Source: Macrostomum lignano
Lineage: Eukaryota
Direction: 5' to 3'
Length of the DNA stretch: 64,000 bases
NCBI GenBank assembly: GCA_002269645.1
Contig: NIVC01001406.1
Location: 1 to 64,000 of the forward strand
Every line of letters begins with the position of its first letter. Position 1 is the stretch's first letter. The position numbers and the translations under genes are program-made. Below, piece by piece: positions 42,401 through 54,640 of the stretch. The notes beneath the pieces were generated by a model. It saw only the letters and a program-made list of their open reading frames with translations, searched no databases and was not told where the DNA came from.

Positions 42401-45400
42401 TGATTTCGGGAGGTTTCACTAGCAATAAACATTCGCACAAAAACATTGAATAAAATAATATTATCGATTCTAAACAACAATCTCTCTTCTTCATGGAGCA
42501 TTGAAGCTCACGGACTTAAATATTCTTCACAATCAGCATGCAGCGCTTTATTGCTTAGAAGTCCTTTTTGATTGCGTCCCCTGGTCCGGAGTGTTACTTC
42601 TTGTCTACTTATTTCGGCCACATGCAGCTCACCAAGCCTCTCTATTCTCCTCTCTCCTCTCATCTCTCCTCTCCTCTCTTATCTCTCTCCTCTCTCCTCT
42701 CCTCTCTCATCTCTCTCCTCTCTCCTCTCCTCTCTCATCTCTCTCCTCTCTCCTCTCCTCTCTCATCTCTCTCCTCTCTCCTCTCCTCTCTCATCTCTCT
42801 CTTCTCTCCTCTCCTCTCTCATCTCTCTCTTCTCTCCTCTCCTCTCTTCTCTCTCCTCTTCGCTCTCCTCTCCTCTCTTCTCTCTCTTCTCCTCTCCCCT
42901 CTCTTCTCTCCTCTCCTCTCTTTTCTCCTTTCTCCTCTTCTCTCTACTCTGTCTTCTCTTTTATCTCATCTCTCCTCTCTTCACTTCTCTTCTCTTTCTC
43001 CCCTCCTCTCTCCTCTCTCCTCTCTCCTCTCGCCTATCCTCCCTCCTCTCCTCTCCTCTCTCCTCTCCTCTCTCCTCTCTTCTGTCCTTCCCTCTCTCCT
43101 CTCTCCTTTCTCCTTTCTCTTCTTTCTTCTTCTCTCTCCTCTCTCCTCTCCCTTTTCATTTCTCCTCGCTTTCCTATTCCATCTCCTCTCTCCCCTCCTC
43201 TGGCCCGCAGTCATGCGCTAGATTCTCCACCTGGGCCTGGAGTCAAAGAGTTTGCCAAGCCCTGACTTAGCTAATGTTTACAATTTTGGGTATATGACGC
43301 ATGAATAACAGGTATTTACCGAATTTAACTCTTTCCACAAACTTTTGACATAAAAGAATTCAATTTGTTTTCACCCCCCGCAGCCGGTCCCACAGTGATA
43401 CTGCTTGGCATCTACATCAACGGGTTCAACTACATCAGCGAGCAGTCCATGGTGCGTAGACGTACTTTGGGTTTGTAAACAAAAGAGCGCTGCGCACTGG
43501 CCGATCGGGTTGAAAAGAAATTATGAAAGAAAAAAATTTGAGCACAACTGCCAGCTGCTCCCCCAAATTCGATTGAAGTGGCCAGCAGCTCATGCATAAT
43601 CCTTGAGCCTCCTGTGTCTGCTCCGCCCCGTCCCGCGCTTTGAGTCCGGTATGGGGGACGCTATGGGCTGTTTTTTTTTATTATTCACCCATGGGACGCT
43701 TTCTTAAGCTCCGAAAGGGGGGTGAGTAGACTTGAGCATATGCCCAGCCGAGTGTGCTGAGACTTTCAAAGCCAGTTGCGGGGCGAAGGTGGAAAGGAGG
43801 GCAATAAAGAGGATTGGCCCAGCCAAGCTAATAAATCGCACTCTGAAACCCGCGGCGCCGTGACATTTACAATTCAGAGTCTTCTGTCTGTCGCCGGCTG
43901 GAGAAGGCGGACCCCCGCTGCGCCTTTCCTTCCTCTCCCCGGTTTTACAATTCTCAATGCGGGCTTTCTCAATATTAAGGAATTCTTAATTGCATTTGCA
44001 TAGCGGAGAGGACCACCTGGGGTGCAGTGCAAGCAGGGTTTGATCCGATTGGACTCGCCAATTTGATTAAGGAAAGTGGCTCAGCTGGCCAAAATCGATA
44101 TTGTACTACTCCGGGAACTCGAAATTTCATTTTAATTGCTCTCGCCTTAGCCCAAAGTACCACCACAAGTTAAGCAGAATTGGCCGCGGTTAGTACGCAG
44201 ATGGTGTAGAATACAGTCAGGAAGCTGCTATCTCGCAGTGACAGCCCCTCGGATTCTCACACCTGGTCACCTGTTTTACTCTGACCGCACAACCGAAATT
44301 CTTCAAGGACTACGAAATCAACTTGTACCTGCGAGAGCAATGGTGGGACCCGCGGTTGGCTTTCAACGAGACACAACTGTGCGGCGTCGAGTTTATGAAG
44401 CTGCCCGACAGAGCGTGGGACAAAATCTGGGTGCCGGATGTGTTCTTCCGGTGAGTGTGACCGGTGTCTCTGAGGTGCCGGATGTGTTCTTCCGATGAGT
44501 GTGACCGGTGTCTCTGAGGTGCCGGATGTGTTCTTCCGGTGAGTGTGACCAGTGTCTCTGAGGTGCCGGATGTGTTCTTCCGGTGAGTATGACCGGTGTC
44601 TCTGAGGTGCCGGATGTCTTCTTGCGGTGAGTATGACCGGTGTCTCTGAGGTGCCGGAAGTCTTCTTGCGGTGAGTATGACCGGTGTCTCTGAGGTGCCG
44701 GATGTCTTCTTGCGGTGAGTATGACCGGTGTCTCTGAGGTGCCGGAAGTCTTCTTGCGGAGAGTGCGACCGGTGTCTCTGAGGTGCCGGATGTCTTCTTG
44801 CGGAGAGTGTGACCGGTGTCTCTGAGGTGCCGGATGTCTTCTTGCGGTGAGTGTAATTGTGCGCTAAGCTGTTAAATTTCTATTGGAGCTGTGCAGGTTG
44901 AAGGGAATACATGCACATTGTTACTTTTCTACACTTCCCCCATTTTTAAGGAACGAGAAGAAGGCCGCGTTTCACGAAGTAACTCTGCCGAACCGGCTCA
45001 TGCGACTCTACCCCAATGGCACCGTGTACTATGCTGCTAAGTGAGAGCTGACTGACTGACTGACTGACTGACTGACTGACTGACTGACTGACTGACTGAC
45101 TGACTGACTGACTGACTGACTGACTGACTGACTGACTGACTGACTGACTGACTGACTGACTGACTGACTGACTGACTGACTGACTGACTGACTGACTGAC
45201 TGACTGACTGACTGACTGACTTAAGTGAGTGGGTGACTGACTACTGACTCACCCTCGACTTCAGGATCACGGCCACCCTATCGTGCCAGATGAAGCTGCA
45301 CAAGTACCCCCTGGATACGCAGGTTTGCCCAATTCAATTTGAGTCGTGTGAGTCGCATCGATTTCTTCCATTTATTAGTATTTTTTACGTAGCTTTTCTA

Positions 45401-48400
45401 CTTTTCTAGCTAGGCTACTACGAGTAACTAAGTAAGCACACACTGCTGCTAACTGAACCCGCAGTCGGTCACACGGTCAAGGCCAATGTTTACCAGTGGC
45501 GCCAGATGCCAGTGGAAACGGACGAGCAGCTCATCCTGCCGCAGTTTGAGCTGCACGCCACCAATACGAGGAACTGCCAGCAGACCTACGCCACGGGTGG
45601 GTCGGCGACATCTGACTGCTGCATGCGGCATCTGACTCTCCCAGATCCCTTAGCCTCTCTGACTCTCCCAGATCCCTCAGCCACTCTGACTCTCCCAGAT
45701 CCTTCAGCCACTCTGACTCTCCCAGATCCTTCAGCCACTCTGACTTTCCCAGATCCCTCAGCCACTCTGACTCTCCCAGATCCTTCAGCCACTCTGACTC
45801 TCCCAGATCCTTCAGCCACTCTGACTCTCCCAGATCCCTCAGCCTCTCTGACTCTCCCAGATCCCTCAGCCTCTCTGACTCTCCCAGATCCTTCAGCCAC
45901 TCTGACTCTCCCAGATCCTTCAGCCACTCTGACTCTCCCAGATCCCTCAGCCACTCTGACTCTCCCAGATCCTTCAGCCACTCTGACTCTCCCAGATCCC
46001 TCAGCCACTCTGACTCTCCCAGATCCTTCAGCCACTCTGACTCTCCCAGATCCTTCAGCCACTCTGACTCTCCCAGATCCTTCAGCCACTCTGACTCTCC
46101 CAGATCCTTCAGCCACTCTGACTCTCCCAGATCCTTCAGCCACTCTGACTCTCCCAGATCCTTCAGCCACTCTGACTCTCCCAGATCCTTCAGCCACTCT
46201 GACTCTCCCAGATCCTTCAGCCACTCTGACTCTCCCAGATCCCTCAGCCTCTCTGACTCTCCCAGATCCCTCAGCCTCTCTGACTCTCCCAGATCCTTCA
46301 GCCACTCTGACTCTCCCAGATCCTTCAGCCACTCTGACTCTCCCAGATCCCTCAGCCACTCTGACTCTCCCAGATCCTTCAGCCACTCTGACTCTCCCAG
46401 ATCCCTCAGCCACTCTGACTCTCCCAGATCCTTCAGCCACTCTGACTCTCCCAGATCCTTCAGCCACTCTGACTCTCCCAGATCCTTCAGCCACTCTGAC
46501 TCTCCCAGATCCTTCAGCCACTCTGACTCTCCCAGATCCTTCAGCCACTCTGACTCTCCCAGATCCTTCAGCCACTCTGACTCTCCCAGATCCTTCAGCC
46601 ACTCTGACTCTCCCAGATCCTTCAGCCACTCTGACTCTCCCAGATCCTTCAGCCCCTTCGACTCTCCAGTCTTCCCTCAATGCCTGTCACTGAGTCTATT
46701 TAATAAATACTTTCAGAAGTCGGCATAAGCTTTTCTCCTCTTTATCTGAACAGGCGACTACCCCTGTCTAGAGGTTGAGTTCGTGCTCAAACGCAACATC
46801 GGCTACTACCTGATCCAACTGTACGTACCCTCGGTGCTGATCGTGATTCTGTCCTGGGTGGCCTTCTGGATCTCCATTGACGCTATTCCGGCCCGGGTGA
46901 CCATCGGCCTGCTGACGGTGCTGACTATGACGACGCAGAGCGCCACGGCCCGGGCCAGCCTGCCCAGGGTTTCGTACATCAAGGTTGGCCGGGTGGCGGC
47001 GGGGTAGGGGTTACTGGGTGTCAGGGTCTTTCAATGGTTGAAGGGTCAGCATATGTAGCTGGGGTCAGGATGTCAGGATGTCAGGGTGTCAGGGTGTTAG
47101 GATTTCAGTGTGTCAGGGTGACAAGGTGTCAGGGTTTCAGGATGTCAGGATATCATGGTGTCAGGGTGTCAGGATGTCAGAATATCACGATTTCATGATG
47201 TCAAGATGTCAGAATTTAGGGTTTCAGGGTGTCAGGGTTTTAGGATATCAGGGTGTTAGGATGTCAGACTGTCAGGGTGTCAGGGTTTCAGGATGTCAGA
47301 ATTCAGGGTTTCAAGTGTCGGAAAATCAGGGTTTCAGGATGTCAGGGTGTCGGGTGTCAGGATGTTAGGGCGTTAGAATGTCAGGATGTCGGGATGTCAG
47401 GATGTCAGGATGTTAGAATGTCAGGATGTCAGGTTGTCAAGGTGTCAGGGTTTCAGGGTGTCAGGATGTCAGGCTGTCAGGGTGTCAGGGTTTCAGGATG
47501 TCAGGGTGTCAGGGTGTCAGGATGTCAGGATGTCAGGATGTCAGGGTATTAGTATGCTAGGATGTCAGGATGTCAGGATGTCAGGATGTCAGGATGTCAG
47601 GATGTCAGGGTTTCAGGATGTCAAAATGTCATATTTTCAAGACAGCAGGGTGTCAAGACGTCACAAAGGTTTCACAATTTTGTATGTCGGGTTGGCTGGA
47701 AGCCAGGATAACTGTGACTGTACACCTGACATCCTGACCTCAATCTACATGCCAGGCCATGGACGTGTGGATGAGCATCTGCCTGCTGTTCGTCTTTGCC
47801 TCGCTGCTAGAATTCGCTGTCGTCAACGTGTTCAGCCGCAAAGAGATTCGCAAGAAGTCGCAGGGCCTCAACATCTTGTCTGAGACTGCGAAGAACTTCG
47901 AAGAGATGATATGCGCTCAGGTGAGAGTCTCGACGGTGATCGGGGTTGAACGTTTAATGAATTGTGATGGAGAATTCCCCGAGCTCGATTTTTTATAACG
48001 GGGAATTCCTTGATAGTGATTGTCAATGATAGGGAATTCCTTGATCGTGATTTTCGATGACGGGGAATTCCTTGATAGTGCTTGTCGATGACGGGGAATT
48101 CCTTGATAGTGATTGTCGATGACGGGGAATTCCTTGATAGTAATTTTCGATAACGGGGAATTCCTTGATAGTGATTGTCGATGACGGGGAATTCCTTGAT
48201 GGTAATTTTCGATAACGGGGAGTTCCTTGATAGTGATTGTCGATGACGGGGAATTTCTTGATAGTACTTTTCTATGACGGGGAATTCCTTGATAGTAATT
48301 TTCGATAACGGGGAATTCCTTGATAGTGATTGTTGATGACGGGGAATTCCTTTATAGTAGTTTTCTATGACGGGGAATTCCTTGATAGTAATTTTCGATA

Positions 48401-51400
48401 ACGGGGAATTCCTTGATAGTGATTGTTGATGACGGGGAATTCCTTTATAGTAGTTTTCTATGACGGGGAATTCCTTGATGGTAATTTTCGATAACGGGGA
48501 GTTCCTTGATAGTGATTGTCGATGACGGGGAATTCCTTTATAGTAATTTTCTATGACGGGGAATTCCTTGATAGTACTTTTCTATGACGGAGAATTCCTT
48601 GATAGTACTTTTCTATGACGGGGAATTCCTTGATAGTTTTTCTATGACGGGGAATTCCTTGATAGTGATTGTCCTTGACTGGGAATATTTTTGTTCAATT
48701 GTTTATAACGGGGAATTCCTTGGCTTTGATTAGACAAAATCCTTTATGTTTTGTTTTTACGACAGAGAATTTTCTAGTCTAATTGTCTTAAACGACATTG
48801 CTTCACTGTTGAATATTTATTTGTTATTCACCGTTTTGAGTCTTGATTTTTGATTCTTGAGTGCTGCTCAAAATTTCGAAGATACCAGCCACCAGAAACG
48901 ATTATTTCAGAGGCAAATCAATAGACGAATTTTCCGAGTGAGTTTTTTTCCAATATATTTTTTCGGTGCTAACTTCCTTTGAAACTACTTACCCGCGAAC
49001 AAACGGTGTCAGTAGTAATAATGCGCATGTATAAAGTATATACATGTAAAACAAGACAAGGATACGGAGTTTCTTGTTAATTGATCTCAAACTCCATCGA
49101 ATCGTGCTCATTGCCAACACGGATTAATAGGCCCTCACCGTACCCGGACTTTCCAATATGCGACCGGCGCGAAGGCAGCAGCCTGGCGCCGCTGGAGCGG
49201 TGACTGGCGCCTCATCTGGCGCTAAACGGCGCGACATGGTAATTATTGGGTTGCTGATCGCGAGATGATCATGCAGTTTAGAATCATGATTATCAGCGTG
49301 ATGAGAGGCGGACGATTGACATCTCCGCTGCTGGAACAGCTTTGGAATTTTATTCTGAGTTCGCTCGTCCTCCTAGTTTTTACTTCTCCCCACTGGACCT
49401 GACACACAGGGTGGGGAGAGCGGCATCACCAACTGACACACAGGGTGGGATGAGCGGCATCACCAACTGACACACAGGGTGGGGAGAGCGGCATCACCAA
49501 CTGACACACAGGGTGGGATGAGCGGCATCACCAACTGACACACAGGGTGGGGAGAGCGGCATCACCAACTGACACACAGGGTGGGGAGAGCGGCATCACC
49601 AACTGACACACAGGGTGGGATGAGCGGCATCATCAACTGACACACAGGGTGGGTTGAGCGGCATCACCAACTGACACACAGGGTGGGGAGAGCGGCATCA
49701 CCAACTGACACACAGGGTGGGGAGAGCGGCATCACCAACTGACACACAGGGTGGGATGAGCGGCATCACCAACTGACACACAGGGTGGGTTGAGCGGCAT
49801 CACCAACTGACACACAGGGTGGGATGAGCGTCATCACCAACTGACACACAGGGTGGGAGAGCGGCATCACCAACTGACACACAGGGTGGGATGAGCGGCA
49901 TCACCAACTGACACATAGGGTGGGGAGAGCGGCATCACCAACTGACACACAGGGTGGGGAGAGCGGCATCACCAACTGACACACAGGGTGGGTTGAGCGG
50001 CATCACCAACTGACACACAGGGTGGGGAGAGCGGCATCACCAACTGACACACAGGGTGGGTTGAGCGGCATCACCAACTGACACACAGGGTGGGGAGAGC
50101 GGCATCACCAACTGACACACAGGGTGGGATGAGCGGCATCACCAACTGACACACAGGGTGGGGAGAGCGGCATCACCAACTGACACACAGGGTGGGTTGA
50201 GCGGCATCACCAACTGACACAGGGTGGATTGAGCGGCATCACCAACTGACACAGGGTGGATTGAGCGGCATCACCAACTGACACACAGGGTGGGGAGAGC
50301 GGCATCACGAACTGACACACAGGGTGGGTTGAACGGCATCACCAACTGACACAGGGTGGATTGAGCGGCATCACCAACTGACACACAGGGTGGTTTAAGC
50401 GGCATCACGAACTGACACACAGGGTGGGGAGAGCGGCATCACCAACTGACACACAGGGTGGGATGAGCGGCATCACCAACTGACACACAGGGTGGGTTGA
50501 GCGGCATCACCAACTGACACAGGGTGGATTGAGCGGCATCACCAACTGACACAGGGTGGATTGAGCGGCATCACCAACTGACACACAGGGTGGTTTAAGC
50601 GGCATCACGAACTGACACACAGGGTGGGGAGAGCGGCATCACCAACTGACACACAGGGTGGGATGAGCGGCATCACCAACTGACACAGGGTGGGTTGAGC
50701 GGCATCACCAACTGACACACAGGGTGGGATGAGCGGCATCACCAACTGACACAGGGTGGGTTGAGCGGCATCACCAACTGACACAGGGTGGGTTGAGCGG
50801 CATCACCAACTGACACACAGGGTGGGATGAGCGGCATCACCAACTGACACACAGGGTGGGATGAGCGGCATCACCAACTGACACACAGGGTGGGGAGAGC
50901 GGCATCACGAACTGACACACAGGGTGGGTTGAGCGGCATCACGAACTGACACACAGGGTGGGTTGAGCGGCATCACCAACTGACACACAGGGTGGGATGA
51001 GCGGCATCACCAACTGACACACAGGGTGGGATGAGCGGCATCACCAACTGACACACAGGGTGGGATGAGCGGCATCACGAACTGACACAGTACAATAAAT
51101 CTTTCACTGTTGAAAATCTATTCAATTGCAAAACGCATGCACATCGAAGCACTTGATTTTACTTTTTGCCTGCCTCCCACCTTTGCATTGGTCTGTTGCT
51201 TCAGTAACTTTTATCGTGTGTTTTTTGGTTCCTTTGTCCGTTCGATATTCACCAGCAGCACCCACAGTCCACTGCAAGCTACATTGTCAAGGCAAATTTT
51301 TTCTAAAATCCAATTACTGTACCTGTTACTTTTAATATCACCTGTATTATATAAGGATGTTTATCACAGCAAATAATTTTTACATTTATTCTGCATGAAA

Positions 51401-53072
51401 CTGTAGCTTCGCAGCAGGCCAACCTACTTTAAGTAGGCGGGCGAATTTTTCTTTAAGTTTAACTTAAATCTAGTAAAAAACACCTCCGAATGGTCACGTG
51501 AATAACTATCAATTTTACTTTTCCCTTTGTCGATACAGACCAGAGCAGAGTATTGGGTGACACGAATTTTGCCTATTTTTGAATTTTGACAGATTCTACC
51601 TGAAATTTGTCAGCACCCTCTCTCCGAACTGTCAGCACCCTCTCTCAGAACTGTCAGCACCCTCTCTCAGAACTGTCAGCACCCTCTCTCAGAACTGTCA
51701 GCACCCACTCTCAGAACTGTCAGCACTCACTCTCAGAACTGTCAGCACTCACTCTCAGAACTGTCAGCACCCACTCTCAGAACTGTCAGCACTCACTCTC
51801 AGAACCGTCAGCACCCACTCTCAGAACTGTCAGCACCCTCTCTCAGAACTGTCAACACCCACTCTCAGAACTGTCAGCACCCACTCTCAGAACCGTCAGC
51901 ACCCTCTCTCAGAACTGTCAGCACCCTCTCTCAGAATTGTCAGCACCCTCTCTCAGAACTGTCAGCACCCACTCTAAGAACTGTCAGCACTCACTCTCAG
52001 AACTGTCAGCACTCACTCTCAGAACTGTCAGCACCCACTCTCAGAACTGTCAGCACCCTCTCTCCGAACTTTCAGCACCCACTCTCAGAACTGTCAGCAC
52101 TCACTCTCAGAACTGTCAGCACCCTCTCTCAGAACTGTCAGCACTCACTCTCAGAACTGTCAACACCCTCTCTCAGAACTGTCAGCACTCACTCTCAGAA
52201 CTGTCAGCACCCACTCTCAGAACTGTCAGCACCCTCTCTCAGAACTGTCAGCACCCTCTCTCAGAACCGTCAGCACCCACTCTCAGAACTGTCAGCACCC
52301 ACTCTCAGAACTGTCAGCACCCTCTCTCAGAACTGTCAGCACCCACTCTCAGAACTGTCAGCACCCACTCTCAGAACCGTCAGCACCCTCTCTCCGAACT
52401 GTCAGCACCCTCTCTCAGAACTGTCAGCACCCTCTCTCAGAACTGTCAGCACCCACTCTCAGAACCGTCAGCACCCACTCTCAGAACTGTCAGCACCCTC
52501 TCTCAGAACTGTCAGCACCCTCTCTCAGAACTGTCAGCACCCTCTCTCAGAACCGTCAGCACCCTCTCTCAGAACCGTCAGCACCCACTCTCAGAACTGT
52601 CAGCACCCACTCTCAGAACTGTCAGCACCCTCTCTCAGAACTGTCAGCACCCTCTCTCAGAACCGTCAGCACTCACTCTCAGAACTATCAGCACCCTCTC
52701 TCAGAACTGTCAGCACCCTCTCTCAGAACTGTCAGCACCCTCTCTCAGAACCGTCAGCACTCACTCTCAGAACTATCAGCACCCTCTCTCAGAACCGTCA
52801 GCACCCACTCTCAGAACTGTCAGCACTCTCACAATTGTCAGGAGTCCGGCTGGCATGATGACCCGTCGCCGCCGCTAGACGAATCCGGAATCGGCGCCGC
52901 GGGCAGCCCTCCGACTGGCCCGTTCAGCGCCTACAGCCGGCGCCAGGCACACAAGCGGCGCGAGGAAATGCGCCAGCGAGCCAGAGTGATTGACAAGCTG
53001 GCCAGGAAGCTGTTCCCATTGGCATTCGTGCTGTTCAATGTTGTCTACTGGATTGGCTACAATCTCTGGTGA
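39499..53072 (+). CDS. Cys-loop ligand-gated anion channel subunit (glycine receptor/GluCl-like); 10-11 exons
   Basis: Exons 39499 (or 39523)-39626 signal peptide; 40630-40709 (YDKRNSPN); 43384-43451 ([22 protein letters not shown]); 44308-44450 ([17 protein letters not shown]...WVPDVFF); 44951-45040 ([23 protein letters not shown]); 45265-45347 (Cys-loop [15 protein letters not shown]); 45465-45596; 46754-46983 (loop C Cys, M1, M2 [17 protein letters not shown]); 47756-47920 (M3); probable 49131-49199; 52842-53072 (M4 [21 protein letters not shown]). All introns are GT-AG with matching phases. Confidence 0.92.
40981..41415. repeat. 30-bp intronic minisatellite
   Basis: Unit gtgatacccaagaccctacagtcctacaga. 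Confidence 0.93.
41729..42118 (-). mobile_element. Tc1/mariner deletion derivative (390 bp) in intron 2 of the Cys-loop gene
   Basis: 132-bp TIRs (41729-41860 and 41987-42118, one mismatch) starting CAGGGTGTCCC, TA at the left flank; internal minus-strand peptide [34 protein letters not shown] resembles a mariner-class transposase C-terminus. Confidence 0.85.
42645..43200. repeat. CT-rich low-complexity tract
   Basis: Degenerate (CTCTCCT)n. Confidence 0.9.
44431..44854. repeat. 44-bp minisatellite made from an exon end plus 5' splice donor (about 10 units)
   Basis: Unit gtgccggatgtgttcttccg|gtgagtgtgaccggtgtctctgag; the first unit is the real exon-intron junction. Confidence 0.93.
45048..45220. 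repeat. (CTGA)n microsatellite filling a short intron
   Basis: Direct reading. Confidence 0.95.
45630..46655. repeat. 27-bp intronic minisatellite (about 38 units)
   Basis: Unit ctctgactctcccagatccttcagcca. Confidence 0.96.
47065..47640. repeat. Degenerate 8-9-bp intronic repeat (TGTCAGGA/TGTCAGGG)
   Basis: Direct reading. Confidence 0.85.
47995..48700. repeat. 31-bp intronic minisatellite
   Basis: Unit gacggggaattccttgatagtgattgtcgat. Confidence 0.92.
49400..51090. repeat. 34-bp intronic minisatellite
   Basis: Unit cacagggtggggagagcggcatcaccaactgaca. Confidence 0.96.
51605..52841. repeat. 22-bp intronic minisatellite ending at the real splice acceptor
   Basis: Unit actgtcagcaccctctctcaga; copies at 51629 and 51651. 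Confidence 0.95.
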
Positions 53073-53199
53073 CCGCGATGAAGCGAAAACTGATGCTGCT
53101 CGCGCGCCAACAACAATGTTTCAGCAGATGGAACTGCAGACTGCAGCTAATAGACGTTTTTTCTGCATTTTAACAATACACCATAATGTGCTGCATGTA

Positions 53200-54640
53200 C
53201 TGCTGCGGTGTCTGTGATGGAGTGCTGCAGTGTCTTTGATGGAGTGCTGCTGCGGTGTCTGTGATGGAGTGCTGCTGCAGTGTCTGTGATGGAGTGCTGC
53301 TGCAGTGTCTGTGATGGAGTGCTGCAGTGTCTGTGATGGAGTACTGCTGCAGTGTCTGTGATGGAGTGCTGCTGCGGTGTCTGTGATGGAGTGCTGCAGT
53401 GTCTGTGATGGAGTGCTGCAGTGTCTGTGATGGAGTGCTGCTGCAGTGTCTGTGATGGAGTGCTGCTGCGGTGTCTGTGATGGAGTGCTGCAGTGTCTGT
53501 GATGAAGTGCTGCTGCAGTGTCTGTGATGGAGTGCTGCAGTGTCTGTGATGGAGTGCTGCAGTGTCTGTGATGGAGTGCTGCAGTGTCTGTGATGGAGTG
53601 CTGCAGTGTCTGTGATGGAGTGCTACAGTGTTTGATGGAGTGCTGCTGCAGTGTCTGTGATGGAGTGCTGCTGCGGTGTCTGTGATGGAGTGCTGCTGCG
53701 GTGTCTGTGATGGAGTGCTGCTGCAGTGTCTGTGATGGAGTGCTGCAGTGTCTGTGATGGAGTGCTGCAGTGTCTGTGATGGAGTGCTACAGTGTTTGAT
53801 GGAGTGCTGCTGCAGTGTCTGTGATGGAGTGCTGCTGCGGTGTCTGTGATGAAGTGCTGCTGCAGTGTCTGTGATGGAGTGCTGCAGTGTCTGTGATGGA
53901 GTGCTGCTGCGGTGTCTGTGATGGAGTGCTGCTGCAGTGTCTGTGATGGAGTGCTGCAGTGTCTGTGATGGAGTGCTGCTGCGGTGTCTGTGATGGAGTG
54001 CTGCTGCGGTGTCTGTGATGGAGTGCTGCTGCAGTGTCTGTGATGGAGTGCTGCTGCAGTGTCTGTGATGGAGTACTGCAGTGTCTGTGATGAAGTGCTG
54101 CTGCAGTGTCTGTGATGGAGTGCTGCTGCGGTGTCTGTGATGGAGTGCTGCAGTGTCTGTGATGGAGTGCTGCGGTGTCTCTGATGGAGTGCTGCTGCGG
54201 TGTCTGTGATGGAGTGCTGCAGTGTCTGTGATGGAGTGCTGCAGTGTCTGTGATGGAGTGCTGCAGTGTCTGTGATGGAGTGCTGCGGTGTCTCTGATGG
54301 AGTGCTGCTGCGGTGTCTGTGATGGAGTGCTGCGGTGTCTGTGATGGAGTGCTGCTGCGGTGTCAGTGATGGAGTGCTGCTGCGGTGTCTGTGATGGAGT
54401 GCTGCTGCGGTGTCTGTGATGGAGTGCTGCTGCAGTGTCTGTGATGGAGTGCTGCTGCAGTGTCTGTGATGGAGTGCTGCTGCAGTGTCTGTGATGGAGT
54501 GCTGCTGCGGTGTCTGTGATGGAGTGCTGCTGCGGTGTCTGTGATGGAGTGCTGCTGCGGTGTCTGTGATGGAGTGCTGCTGCAGTGTCTGTGATGGAGT
54601 GCTGCTGCGGTGTCTGTGATGGAGTGCTGCTGCGGTGTCT
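53200..54640. repeat. 21/24-bp minisatellite downstream of the Cys-loop stop codon
   Basis: Unit gtgtctgtgatggagtgctgc(tgc)a/g. Confidence 0.95.
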
